This document shows positions 23,711 through 38,450 of a stretch of DNA of 64,000 bases, in pieces. How positions within the stretch are numbered: position 1 is the first letter of the stretch; every line of letters starts with the position of its first letter. The position numbers and the translations under genes were made by a program. This DNA comes from Haliotis rufescens (Eukaryota): assembly GCF_023055435.1 (NCBI RefSeq), contig NW_025964369.1:496001-560000 (forward strand), in the 5' to 3' direction. The notes beneath the pieces were generated by a model. That model was not told where the DNA came from and did not search any database. It worked only from the letters and a program-made list of their open reading frames with translations.

Positions 23711-25989
23711 TCCAAGAATTATATGCTTGTTTGTGTGGGTGCTGTGAAGTGTTCCTGCAATGTTCCTGCTATACGACGGCAAACCTATAAATAATCGAGC
23801 CTTGACCAGACAATGCATCATATCATCATCATCATCATCATCATATCTGCTATTTCCCACCTTAATATATAAAACACGAACTAACGAAATTCACAAGAAT
23901 GATGGAAGCAGATGAAACTCTATAACAGACATTTTCACTGAAAATAGTTATCACCGCTTAGTGGAAACTTGGGATAATACCTGATCAGAACATTTTGATT
24001 TATAACAAGTGTCAGTGCAAATTGGACGCTTCGGATAAAACCTCATAGCAACAGTTTTACTTATAACAAGTGCCACTGCAAATTGGACGCTTGGGATAAA
24101 ATTCAATGAGAGCATTCTAACTTATAAAAAGTGTCACTGTACGTTGGACACTTGGGATAATACCCAACAAGAGCATTTATTCTCAGAACATGAGATACAA
24201 TTATACCATTTTTAATCTGTACAAAATTACAGCAGTTAACAAGAATAATAGAATTGGAATACGTTGTTTCTACTACAATTTACAAATTGTTATACACATG
24301 TTGAAGGAATTTAGATAGGCCTTTCAGATCTCTTACACTGTTAATGGTCAAAGGTTTCTTAAATTGAGACAGGTTTGGAAACATAAAATATTGTTTATTT
24401 TAGAGTATCGCTTTTGGACAAAAGCGTCCCATCGATTTATTTATATTTAAATGAAGCGAAAAAACCCTTTCTTTATCAAATAGAAATCTCTGCACAAAGC
24501 TGAGTCGATTGTACGATTCTGACTGTCATGAGCATGCGTTTATGAATTACCATCAAATAGTAATGGCACCCATCACAGACACATGCAAAGGCAAGTCAGT
24601 TGTTCACCTGAAAAAGCACAGGAACATATGGTACAGGTAAAAATAGGGAATTGCATCGGACATCATTTTTGTCACTGATGCGTCAAATTTGGAAATGTGG
24701 ATGGTCTTCCCTGGGAATGTTCCGCCATCGACCAGTTTTAACGGGTAATATATGATTAGTAGTTCTGAATTTTAATATAGAGAGAAATATTGATTTTGAG
24801 AGCAATATATATTTCTCAAATGAAGGTTGATTCTTCATGTACTTGAAGTACTTAGTATGAGGCACACTTCTTTATGAATAGTGTACATGTATTTTGTAAA
24901 GTATTTGGGACGGTTTATGATACTCTTCTGTTGAAGCAAGCTTATGCAAAGGAACAACACGTTTATAAAACCCGATAATTGTATTTTAACTGATAAACAG
25001 TGTCACAGCAAATTGGACACGTGAGATAAGTTCCTTGAGAGCATTTTAACTGATAACAAGTGTCAAAGCGAATTGGACGCTTGAAATAAAACCAAATAAC
25101 TTCATATTAACTGACAACAAATGTCACAGCAAAATGGACGCTACAGATAAAACCACAAAAGCTTAGACGCAAATTACCTTTTTCGACGTGCTGGTGATTC
25201 AGTGAACACACATGGCTGCCCATCATTTCACGCATAAGGTTCATCATTCTACGGGAGGGGCGTAAGAGTGGGAATGGGGTACTGGGTGGCAGGTGGTATA
25301 CGGGTCTTATATTTCCTTGATGCTTACAACAAACGTCATCGTGGTGTGTTGCGCAGCTTAACAATACACGACAACTATTGCATCAGCATTATAATATTAA
25401 AATAATTGGAATTTAAAAAGCAAACTGAAATAGAAAAGAATCTTTCACATCCTCATTCCAAACACAGAGTTATCATTATCACCAAATCAGATATTGCCCA
25501 TGTTTACATCATATAGAACACGGGCCAACAAGAGTCACAAGAATGATAAAACCAGATGGAAGTACAGAATAGTATTTTAACTGACAAGTACCACGGCATA
25601 TTGGAGGCATATTGGACCCCATAGGAGCATTTTAAGTTGGTGGGTGGTGTAAGGGGCCACAACAAATGCTTACAACAAACGTTATCGTCGTGTGTTCCGT
25701 AGCCTCTTGTCAAAGCTTAACAATACATAACTTCTATCGTATCAACATTATAATATTATATGCTATTTTTGGAATTAAAAAAGCAAACTGCAATAGAAAA
25801 GAATCCTTTGCATCCTCATTCCAAACGCATTTGACCCACTGACCGTCTCTCATCTTCCTGCTCGCCAAATGTGGGGGTAGCCTAGTGGTAACTCATATAG
25901 CCGAAGGCCCACACATGGCTAAAAGTTCTCGTCGTGATTTTGCTGAAAGCAGCGTAAAACCATACTTACTCACTCATCATTGGCGCATG

Positions 25990-26455
25990 AGGACATGGAG
26001 GATTTGAGGACTGGGATACGGAGTACTTGGACACGAAGTACTTGGATACGGAGAATTCGGAGGACTGGGATACGGAGTACTTTGATACGGAGTACTTGGA
26101 TACTAAGTATTCGGATGACTGGGATACAGAGTATTTGGAGGACTGGGTTACAGAGGAATTGGACAACTTGAAGGACTTTGATAGGGAAGTTCCGGAAACG
26201 GAGAAATCGCATACGGAGGACTTTGAGGACTTGGATACGGATGACTCGAATTTCAGGGGTGTCAGGGCTCGGTTGAGGACTCGGTTGAGGACTTGGACAC
26301 AGAGGACTTTGAAGATTGGGACGTCTTGGGGGATTCGGAGGTTTGAGAAAATACAGTAGCTGATACTATGATCGCCTTATAGATGTATTAACTCTCTTTC
26401 AGCATGTTATCTACACTAGTGCTGGCATGTTTCACACACAAATTCAGATAGATTT
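25990..26455 (+). pseudogene. Decayed paralogous Gly-rich exon, 5' part deleted (unit 3)
   Basis: Type B variant; ggcgcatg joins directly to aggacatgg. Confidence 0.8.
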
Positions 26456-26480
26456 GAATACATCAGATACAATGTATGTT

Positions 26481-26849
26481 CAAGGGGCGTTCAATGAGTT
26501 TTGTGGGGGCACGGGTGGCCTAGTCGTCTAGGGCGCCGCGATTCGCTGTGCAGAGTTGCGTCCCTTGGGCACGCCAGAAACCTATGATTGTGGGTTCGAA
26601 TCCCGGTTCGCCGCAATTATTTTTCTAGGTTTGTCAGCACCATACCCGTGCTCGTTGGTTTCACCAAAGTGGTTAACGTCTTAGACCTGCATCACTTCGG
26701 GTTTTCCTCCCACACTAAGCTGACACGCCGTGATATAACTGGAATAATGTTAAAAGGGCGTTAAACCCAACTCACTCACTCAATAAGTTTTGCAACTTGG
26801 GCATTTGTGTATACACAAACAATGTCAATATCAACTTGTGGGAGGTGTG
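26481..26849 (+). mobile_element. Mariner left end only (with nested SINE), unit 3
   Basis: TIR and about 50 nt of leader before the N-run; no transposase sequence visible. Confidence 0.8.
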
Positions 26850-27792
26850 NNNNNNNNNNNNNNNNNNNNNNNNNNNNNNNNNNNNNNNNNNNNNNNNNNN
26901 NNNNNNNNNNNNNNNNNNNNNNNNNNNNNNNNNNNNNNNNNNNNNNNNNNNNNNNNNNNNNNNNNNNNNNNNNNNNNNNNNNNNNNNNNNNNNNNNNNNN
27001 NNNNNNNNNNNNNNNNNNNNNNNNNNNNNNNNNNNNNNNNNNNNNNNNNNNNNCACCAGTTGAACAGCTCAAATGATGATAACAATTACTAGGTATTCAC
27101 AAGCATGAAAACTGCTCTACCGCAGTCACAACGGCAAGTGCACGGGTTCAGATATCATCGGGTCGTTAACGGGAAAAGGGTCAGTGTAAGGACGGGTGCT
27201 GCTGGCGAGTACCCGGAGTGTGGTTCCTTATACAGGCGGGAACCGAGCAATACAAACAATTTATGGTTCCAATACAGTTCCCAGATATATTGTCTTACCC
27301 TTAATCAGTAAACACTGAACCCGGAGATGAGCGTCATATATATAAGTGTCGGCATGACGTGAAGCAGAATATTATCAGTATATTAAATCTTCAAACTATC
27401 AGATTTTAGCAGATTGTGGGTATTTTTAATGTCATCGTCATTGGCGTTTGTCGCGTGGGCCTGAGACCCAATGCCGCGAGCACTGAGCTTTTGAAAATGT
27501 GCGTAACAAAATATAACTGACTCGGCAACCAGAGGGTTAACTGGCTTCATTTTGGTACATGTTGATACCTGGTAACCAAAGCTCATATGTCCTCATTAAC
27601 CTTAAAGCCCTAAGGCTTCGCTACACGCGCCAAAATATGCAAGTTGACAAGTTCCCTTTGGGCCATCAGTTAAAACACTTCCCTCCCCAGTGGCAAATCA
27701 TTTAGTTTATAGTGAGAGTGAGAGAGTTTAGCTCCTGTCCATCATGTTATATATCTATGAATGTATTGTACATAAAACGTCTTCATCATGCT

Positions 27793-29120
27793 AAAAAGAA
27801 CATCCAGTAAAAGAACATTCAATACACAAACACTTTCAATGTAAAACAATATTTCAACACACAAACGCGATCAAAGTATAACAACATTTCAGCACACAAA
27901 CGTGTTAAAATCAAAACAAGATTTCAAGACACAAACGCCTTCAAATAAAACAATATTTCAATACATCAACTAATCAAAGTAAAGCAAAATTTCAACACAC
28001 ACATACCTTCAAAGTAAAACAAATGTCAACACGCGTTCAAAGTGTAAAAAAAGGTTCAGCACACAAACACATTAAAAGTAAAACAACATTTCAAGGCACA
28101 AACATGTTCCAAGTACAAAAACCTTTCAACACACAAACACGTTCAATATCATACAATATTTCAAGCACAAAAAGGCGTCAAAGTAAAACATGTCAACTCA
28201 AAAAAACGATTTCAAAATACAAGGATTTAACACACACAGACGTTCAAATTAAAGTTACATTTCAATCCTAAAACATGTTCAACGTAAAACAGTTCAGCAC
28301 ACAAACACATTAAAAGTAAAACAACATTTCAACATATGAACATGTTCAAAGTGCAAATCATTTCAACACACAAACACGTTCAATGTCATACAATAGTTCA
28401 AGCACAAAAAGGTGTCAAAGTAAAACATGTCAGCACACAAACGCTTTCAAGATACAAGAATTTAACACACACAGACGTTCAGAAGTAAAGCTACATTTCA
28501 ATACACAAACACGTTCAAAGTAAAACAACATTTCAATACACAAACACTTTCAAAGAAGAACAACATTTCAATAAACACATTAAAAGTATAACAACATTAA
28601 AGACACGAACACGTTCAAAGCAAAACAACATTTCAACACACAAACATGTTGAAAGTGAAATATCATTTCAACACACACACAGACATTCAAAGTAAAAGAA
28701 CATTTCAACGCACAAACACGTTCAAAGCAAAAGAACATTTCAACACACAAACACTTTCAAAGAAGAACAACATTTCAATACACAAACACATTCAAATTAA
28801 ATCAACATTTCAATACACAAACACGTTCAAAGTAAAACAACATTTCAATGAACAAACACATTCAAAGTAAAACAACAATTCAATACACAAACACTTTCAA
28901 AGAAGAACAACATTTCAATACACACAGACGTTCAAAGTAAAACATCATTTCAACACACACAGACGTTCAAAGTGAAACATTCTTTTCAACACACACAGAC
29001 ATTCAAAGTAAAAGATCATTTCAACACACAAACACGTTCAACTTAAAAGATCATTTCAACACACAAACACGTTCAATGTAAAGTAATATTTCAATCACAA
29101 ATACGTTCAAAGTAATCCAA
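27793..29120. repeat. 35-bp minisatellite, unit 4
   Basis: Distinct, longest allele. Confidence 0.9.
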
Positions 29121-31242
29121 CAGTAAAAGAAATGATCGAACCCTTTCCAATTAGTTTCTTTTAAATTGAAAGCAAGATCAGGATTTTTATGAATGTTTAT
29201 TATTTCTTCTCGTCGATATATTGCGGAATTGTACAGAAGCCGTAAATATTATCAGATTCACTCACTGGTCAATCACATCCCCACTTCGCCATTGCATGCG
29301 ATAGGATCTAAATAGTTAATTGAATAAAAGGTCAGCTGAAGCAACTCCACGTAGCAATTATTGCTTGATTAATTAATTGAAGGAGATTTTATTTTAACCT
29401 ATATAGTTAGAGAACTTGTTTGGAAACTATATAAAACCGACAGTGTGTCACTAATTTTGATAGATAATGTTACATACTTGCATGGTCAAGTATGACGTGG
29501 GTTTGACCGCCAAGATCGATTAGGTGTGTATGATAAATGTTGCCGTAGGTTAGGAAGAATGACGAAAGGTGTGCTCCAGGAAATTAGAAAACAGGAGTGG
29601 TTTTACACCCTGCATGGTGACATGCATGTCACGTGATAACTGCACGTGTATATATTACCCTGGCAGAGTTGTATCTTTCCACTTCGATATCAAGTCATTC
29701 TTCGTCGACCCATCTACAGTCGTAGGTAAGTGAGTGTCCTAACATTCTGACATGTCATTTGCTTATTCATTTGCACTTTTTTCTTTTAGTTCCTTTCCAT
29801 TCCCGACATGGGTACAATGTGTGAAGCTCATTTCTGGTGTCCCCGCCGTGATATTGCTGGAATATTGCTACAAGCGTTCAAACCATACTCACTCACTCTT
29901 TTAGTTCTCAAAAACACAACGTGATTGTGAGTGAAACCATGCTAAACAAACAACTGTTAGACGTGAGTTAACTGAAGTTCCTTGGTCTGATATTTTGGTT
30001 GCAAATTTTGCTTTATGCTAGCTGGATTTGAGATTAATTTAAAGGTTTAAGAAAGAGTGTACATTAACTGTAATGATCATATTGAAGATGAAATACATGT
30101 TTTATTCAAATGTCCAACTCTCTAAACGGGTCAAACAATGAGACATGGTTTAAACATGAGGAATATGTCACTGCCAACAGCTGCTTTTTAATATTACAAC
30201 GCAAAAAGCTCTTTCTATATGGGTAAAACATTTTTATCTGTATAAATCATCCTGTTTTGTCTATCGTCTCTCATAACTTTATATAAATGGTATGTATTAT
30301 TATTTGTATGTATAAGCGTCTAATTTATGCATGATCTTTTATGATGTACAGCAGTCAGACGAATACAAGATATATGTGTGTCTGTCTGCGTTCAAGTCGC
30401 GTTGAACACAACTCAGCCACTCATGATCTCTCTACAGTAAAGTACGGTTATAACGAGCTCAAAGGGACTACTACTTCTAGTTCGTTATAACCGTAGTTCG
30501 TTATAAGCATATATACAGCATAACTACAGCAATTAGTCGGGACCAAAAACGTAACTTCGTTATATACGTCAGCTCGTTATAAGCGTGTTCGTTATAACCG
30601 TAGTGTACTCTATTCTAATTGACCTTGAATGAAGACTGATGTATTCACTTGCCATGCTGGACTGTGCCAATGGTGTTTTCTGGATCTGTTTCTATTCTGC
30701 CTTTATTCATAAATGAACTTATATCACAAATCAAGCGAAACTGTGATAGATGCGTTCAGTTTCATCTTAAACTATCTAAATATTCATATTCTATGCATTG
30801 GTGATATAATCCTATTTACAATTTAAAACGTCAACAATAGAGAATAACCAACCTCGATAATCTGGCGAAACAGTTTCCATATGGCGTAAAAGGCAGAATG
30901 GTCATGCTAGTAGGGCATCAACCCAAGAAACCAAGATGTTAGTTTGAAAGTTAGAAAGTTATTTCGATAATGTAAAACCTTGAAACGTAAATTCTGCCTA
31001 CCTAACACACAGGAACGGTTCACCACTACTTGTATGTTCTAAAATGAAGTTTAGGTTTTGCCAAATCTTGCAAAATATAACCCGAAATCTCAACCCGAAC
31101 AGAATATGTAAAGTTCTACGTGTGCTTCATTAAAACGGAATGTATTTACAATTTACGTTAATTTCAGAATCGTATGAATTAGCACGCTTTTTTTAAATAG
31201 TTAATATCAATGATACCAATTATTTTCCAGCAAGCCAGCACC

Positions 31243-31949
31243 ATGAACTCCGTCATTGTCTTGGTAGCATGCCTGGTGGCGGCCGCTGTCGCCGAGCCTA
31301 TTGGCTACGGTAAGGGTCTTTACGGTGGATTTGGAGGATTAGGAGGAGGATTGGGATATGGTGGACTTGGAGGATACGGATTAGGCCTCGGACTTGGAGG
31401 ACTTGGAGGATACGGAGGACTTGGATACGGAGGACTTGGAGGATTCGGAGGACTTGGAGGATACGGAGGACTTGGAGGATACGGAGGACTTGGAGGATTT
31501 GGAGGAATTGGAGGATACGGAGGACTTGGATACGGAGGTCTTGGATACGGAGGACTCGGAGGGTTTGGAGGAATCGGAGGTTTTGGAAAATATGGTAGGT
31601 GGTACTTTAGTCGCCTTGATGAATTTACTGAATTTCCAAATTATGCTTACACTGTACATGTACCAGTATGTCTTACACCACAATGCAGATACATCTTCAT
31701 GGCCACTTCAGATGACTACAATATAACTGTTACATGGAGTATGTTCTGTCTAAACAATCCAATTGATCGCACAGAAAAGATTATATTTTAACATGTAAGT
31801 CAGGTTATTCTCCCTTTGAACGTTGCTGCTCCAGACGTGGCCCAACAGATCGTCTGTTAGAGTTGCAGGTGCAGACACGATCCCCAAGCAGTTAAATAAC
31901 TGATTGTCATACTTTACCAATCTTTTCTTTCTTTTCAGGACATTATTAA
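31243..31949 (+). CDS. Secreted glycine-rich protein, copy 4, 120 aa; join(31243..31594,31939..31949)
   Basis: Same structure, intact frame and splice sites. Confidence 0.9.
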
Positions 31950-34653
31950 TCTAACAACCTGACGATGTTGATAAAGACGATGAACGTGCACCACCAGACA
32001 CGTTTGTATATATAGCCTTCTGAATGTATGAACTGTGATGACGTCGACCTTGAATAAAGCGCGCATGCAACATGAAACCTTCTAGTTCTTCCTTAAAACT
32101 TCCATTACCTACAATGAGGTGCAGAGAGGTTCCAAGAATTATATGCTTGTCTGTGCGGGTGCTTTGAAGTGTTCCTGCAAAGTTCCTGCTATACGACGGC
32201 AAACCTATAAATAATCGAGCCTTGACCAGACAATGCATCATATCATCATCATCATCATATTTGCTATTGCCCACCTTAATATCATAAAAAACACGAGCTA
32301 ACGAAATTCACAAAAATGATGGAAGCAGATGAAACTCTATAACAGACATTTTCACTGAAAATAGTTATCACCGCTTAGTGGAAACTTGGGATAATACCTG
32401 ATCAGAACATTTTGATTTATAACAAGTGTCAGTGCAAATTGGACGCTTCGGATAAAACCTCATAGCAACAGTTTTACTTATAACAAGTCCCACTGCAAAT
32501 TGGACGCTTAGGATAAAATTCAATGAGAGCATTCTAACTTATAAAAAGTGTCACTGTAAGTTGGACACTTGGGATAATATTCAACAAGAGCATTTATTCT
32601 CAGAACATGAGATACAATTATATACAATTTTTAATCTGTACAAAATTACAGCAGTATACAAGAATAATAGAATTGGAATACGTTGTTTCTACTACAATTT
32701 ACAAATTGTAATATACTAATATTGAAGGAATTTAGATAGGCCTTTCAGATCTCTTACACTGTTAATGGTCAAAGGTTTCTTAAATTGAGACAGGTTTGGA
32801 AACATAAAATATTGTTTATTTTAGAGTATCGCTTTTGGAGAAAAGCGTCCCATCGATTTATTTATAATGAAATGAAGCGACAAAACCCTTTCTTTATCAA
32901 ATAGAAATCTCTGCACAAAGCTGAGTCGATTGTACGATTCTGACTGTCATGAGCATGCGTTTATGAATTACCATCAAATAGTGATGGCACCCATCACAGA
33001 CACATGCAAAGGCAAGTCAATTGTTCACCTGAAAAGGCACGGGAACATATGGTACAGGTAAAAATAGGGAATTGCATCGGACATCATTTTTGTCACTGAT
33101 GCGTCAAATTTGGAAATGTGGATGGTCTTCCCTGGGAATGTTCAGCCATCGACCAGTTTTAACGGGTAATATATGATTAGTAGTTCTGAATTTTAATATA
33201 GAGAGAAATATTGATTTTGAGAGCAATATATATTTCTCAAATGAAGGTTGATTATTCATGTACTTGCAGTACTTAGTATGAGGCACACTTCTTTATGAAT
33301 AGTGTACATGTATTTGTAAAGTATTTGGGACGGTTTATGATACACTTCTGTTGAAGCAAGCTTATGCCAAAAGGAATGACACGTTTATAAAAGCCGATAA
33401 CTGTATTTTATTTGATAAACAGTGTTACAGCAAATTGGACTAGTTAAAAAAGTTCTTTGAGAGCATTTTAACTGATAACAAGTGTCAAAGCGAATTGGAC
33501 GCTTGAAACGAAACCAAACAACAGCATATTAACTGACAACAAATGTCACAGCAAAATGGACACTACGGATAAAACCACAACAGCTTAGACGCATATGATC
33601 TTTTGCAACGTGCTGATGACTCAGTAAACCCACATGGCCGCAAATCATTTGGCACATAAGAAAGTNNNNNNNNNNNNNNNNNNNNNNNNNNNNNNNNNNN
33701 NNNNNNNNNNNNNNNNNNNNNNNNNNNNNNNNNNNNNNNNNNNNNNNNNNNNNNNNNNNNNNNNNNNNNNNNNNNNNNNNNNNNNNNNNNNNNNNNNNNN
33801 NNNNNNNNNNNNNNNNNNNNNNNNNNNNNNNNNNNNNNNNNNNNNNNNNNNNNNNTGGTATACAGGTCTTATATTTCCCTTGATGCTTACAACAACCGTC
33901 ATCGTGGTGTGTTGCACAGCTTAACAATACACGACCACTATTACATCAACATTATAATATTATAATCATTGGAATTTAAAAAGCAAACTGCTATAGAACG
34001 GCATCTATTACATCCTCATTCCAAACACAGAGTTATCATAATCATCATATCAGATATTGCCCATGTTTACATCATATAGAACACGGGCCAACGAAAGTCA
34101 CAAGAATGATCAAACCAGATGGAAGTACAGAATAGTATTTTAACTGACAAGTATCACGGCATATTGGACTGATATTGGACCCCATAGGAGCATTTTAACT
34201 TGGTGGGTGGTGTAAGGAGCTTATGTTTCCTTGATGCTTACAACAAACGTTATCTAGACGTGTTCCATAGCCTCTTGTCAAAGCTTAAGAATACATAACT
34301 TCTATCGTATCAACATTATAATAGTATATGCTATTTTTGGAATTATAAAAAGCAAACTGCAATGGAAAAGAATCCTTTGCATCCTCATTCCAAACACATT
34401 TGACCCTCTGACCGTCTCTCATCTTCCTGCTCGTCACATGTAGGGGTAGCCTAGTGGTAACTCATATAGCCGTAGGCCCACACATGGCTAAAATTTCTCG
34501 TCGTGATTTTGCAGAAAACAGCGTAAAACCATACTTACTCACTCATCATTGGCGCATGCGTCAACTGTTTCAAAACAGATTATTGACAGGGTATCAAAGA
34601 AACAAGACACGGGAAAGTGTTGAGAATGATGATATGTTCGTACTCCAAAGTTC

Positions 34654-35275
34654 TTGCATTTTGACTCGGATACTGAGGACTCGGATACGGAGGACTTAGA
34701 GGACTACGATACTGAGGACTTCGTTACGGAGGATTTGGAAAAGGAGATCTTGGATAAGGAGGACTTGGTAACTAAGGACATGGAGGATTTGAGGACTGGG
34801 ATACGGAGTACATGGACACGGAGTATTCGGAGGACTGGGATACGGAGTACTTGGATACGGAGTACTTGGAGGACTGGGATACGGAGTACTTGGGTACGGA
34901 GTACTTGGATACGGAGTACTTGTATACGGAGTATTTGGAGGACTGGGTTACGGAGGACTTGGACAAACTTGAAGGACTTTGATAGGGAAGTTCCGGATAC
35001 GGAGGATACGGATACGGAGAAATCGCATACGGAGGACTTTGAGGACTTTGATACGATGACTCGAATACGGATGGCTTTTCAGGATTTCAGGGGTGTCAGG
35101 ACTCGGTTGAGGACTTGGACACAGATGACTTTGAAGATTCGGACGTCTTGGGGGATTCGGAGGTTTCAGAAAATACAGTAGCTGATACTATGACCGCCTT
35201 ATAGATGTATTAACTCTCATTCAGCATGTTATCTACACTAGTGCTGGCATGTTTCACACACAAATTCAGATAGAT
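34654..35275 (+). pseudogene. Decayed paralogous Gly-rich exon (unit 4)
   Basis: Near-identical to the unit 2 copy. Confidence 0.8.
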
Positions 35276-35303
35276 TTGAATACATCAGAATACAATGTAT
35301 GTT

Positions 35304-36156
35304 CGAGGGGCGTTCAATGAGTTTTGTGGGGACACGGGTGGCCCAGTCGTCTAGGGCGCCGCGATTCGCTGTGCAGAGTTGCGTCCCTTGGGCACGCCAG
35401 AAACCTATGATTGTTGGTTCGAATCCCGGTTCGCCCCAATTATGTTTCTAGGTTTGTCAGCACCATACCCGTGCTCGTGGGTTTCACCGAAGTGGTTAAC
35501 GTCTTAGACCTGCATCACTTCCGGCTTTCCTCCCACACTAAGCTGACACGCCGTGATATAACTGGAATAATGTTAAAAGCGGCGTTAAACCCAACTCACT
35601 CACTCAATAAGTTTTGCAACTTGGGCATTTGTGTATACACAAACAATGTCAACTTGTGGCAGGTGTGACACTAGACATAACATCAGGTTGACAGGTGTCA
35701 TAACATGTTCCAGACACAACACTAAGTTAGATGTGATGGCTTCATTCACCTAAGGGTGGTCACAATCATGGATTCTCTCAAACATGAACAACGCGCTGTA
35801 ATAAAGTTCCTTACCAAGGAGGGATGCAAAGCAAAAGAAATCCATATGTGCATTATGTGGATGTCGATTCGAACAGTTAAATCACACACCCTACAGCCCA
35901 GACTTAGCCCCCAGTGACTATTTCCTGTTCCAGCAAATGAAATCTGCCCTACGTGGAAGACGCCTTCAGGATGACGAGGACATAAAGGCTGCCACAGAGG
36001 CGTGGTTAGAGGGCCAATCTGTGGATTTCTATAAAAGTGGTATTAAAATCTTGAAGGATAAACGGAATAAGTGTATTGAGGTGAATGGAGATTATATTGA
36101 AAAATAATAGGGCAAAAGATATTCTGCGACTTGGTCTTATATTGAAGTTACAAAAC
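35304..36156 (+). mobile_element. Internally deleted mariner, unit 4
   Basis: As unit 1. Confidence 0.9.
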
Positions 36157-37168
36157 NNNNNNNNNNNNNNNNNNNNNNNNNNNNNNNNNNNNNNNNNNNN
36201 NNNNNNNNNNNNNNNNNNNNNNNNNNNNNNNNNNNNNNNNNNNNNNNNNNNNNNNNNNNNNNNNNNNNNNNNNNNNNNNNNNNNNNNNNNNNNNNNNNNN
36301 NNNNNNNNNNNNNNNNNNNNNNNNNNNNNNNNNNNNNNNNNNNNNNNNNNNNNNNNNNNNNNNNNNNNNNNNNNNNNNNNNNNNNNNNNNNNNNNNNNNN
36401 NNNNNNNNNNNNNNNNNNNNNNNNNNNNNNNNNNNNNNNNGACACCAGTTGAACAGCTCAAATGATGATAACAAATACTAGGTATTCACAAGCATGACAA
36501 CTGCTCTACCGTAGTCACAACGGCAAGCGCACGGGTTCAGATCGGGAAAAGGGTCAGTGTAAGGACGGGTGCTGCTGGCGAGTGACCGGAGTGTGGTTCT
36601 TTATACAGGCGGGAACCGAGCCATAAAAACAATTTATGGTTCCAATACAGTTCCCAGATATATTGTCTTACCCTTAATCAATAAACACTGAACCCGGAGA
36701 TGAGCGTCATAATATATATAAGTGTCGGCATGACGTGAAGCAGAATATTATCAGTATATTAAATCTTCAAACTATCAGATTTGGCAGATTGCGGGTATTT
36801 TTAATGTAATCGTCATTGGCGTTTGTCGCGTGGGCCTGAGATCCCAATGCTGCGAGCACTGAGCTTTTGAAAATGTGCGTAACAAAATACAACTGACTCG
36901 GCAACCAGAGGGTTAACTGGCTTCATTTTGGTACATGTTGATACCTAGTAACCAAAGCTCATATGTCCTTATTAACCTTAAAGCCCTAAGGCTTCGCTAC
37001 ACGCGCCAAAATATGCAAGTTGACAAGTTCCCTTTGGGCCATCAGTTAAAACACTTCCCTCCCCAGTGGCAAATCATTTAGTTTATAGTGAGAGTGAGAG
37101 AGTTTAGCTCCTGTCCATCATGTTATATATCTATGAATGTCTTGTACATAAAACGTCTTCATCATGCT

Positions 37169-38450
37169 AAAAAGAACATTCAGTAAAAGAACATTTCAAT
37201 ACACAAACACTTTCAATGTAATACAATTTTTCAACACACAAACGCGATCAAAGTATAACAACATTTCAGCACACAAACGTGTTAAAATCAAAACAAGATT
37301 TCAATACATCAACAAATCAATTAAACCAAAATTTCAACACACACAGACCTTCAAAGTAAAACAAATGTCAACACGCGTTCAAAGTGTAAAAAAAGGTTCA
37401 GCACACAAACACATTAAGGTAAAACATTTCAAGGCACAAACATGTTCAAAGTACAAAAACCTTTCAACACACAAACACGTTCAATGTCATACAATATTTC
37501 AAGCACGAAAAGGCGTCAAAGTAAAACATGTCAACTCAAAAAAACGATTTCAAAATACAAGGATTTAACACACACAGACGTTCAAAGTAAATTTACATTT
37601 CAATCCTAAAACACGATCAACGTAAAACAGTTCAGCACACAAACACATTAAAAGTAAAACAACATTTCAACATATAAACATGTTCAAAGTGCAAATCATT
37701 TCAACACACAAACACGTTCAATGTCATACAATAGTTCAAGCACAAAAAGGTGTCAAAGTAAAACATGTCAACACACAAACGCTTTCAAAATACAAGAATT
37801 TAACACACACAGACGTTCAGAAGTAAAGCTACATTTCAAACACGTTCAACGTAAAACAGTTCAGCACACAAACACATTAAAAGTAAAACAACATTTAAAG
37901 ACACGAATACGTTCAAAGCAAAACAACATTTCAACACACAAACATGTTGAAGGTGAAACATCATTTCATCACACACACAGACATTCAAAGTAAAAGAACA
38001 TTTCAACGCACAAACACGTTCAAAGCAAAACAACATTTCAACACACAAACACGTTCAAAGTAAAAGAACATTTTAAGACACAAACACGTTCAGAGGAAAC
38101 CAACCATTCAATACACAAGCACTTTCAAAGAAGAACAACATTTTAATACACAAAAACGTTCAAAGTAAAACAACATTTCAATACACAAACACGTTCAAAG
38201 TAAAACAATATTTCAATGAACAAACACGTTCAAAGTAAAACAACAATTCAATACACAAACACTTTCAAAGAAGAACAATATTTCAATACACACAGACATT
38301 CAATGTAAAACATTTCAACACACAAACACGTTCAAAGTAAAACATCATTTCAACACACACAGACATTCAAAGTAAAAGATCATTTCAACACACAAACACG
38401 TTCAATGTAACGTAATATTTCAATCACAAATACGTTCAAAGTAATCCAAC
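37169..38450. repeat. 35-bp minisatellite, unit 5
   Basis: Allele like unit 2. Confidence 0.9.
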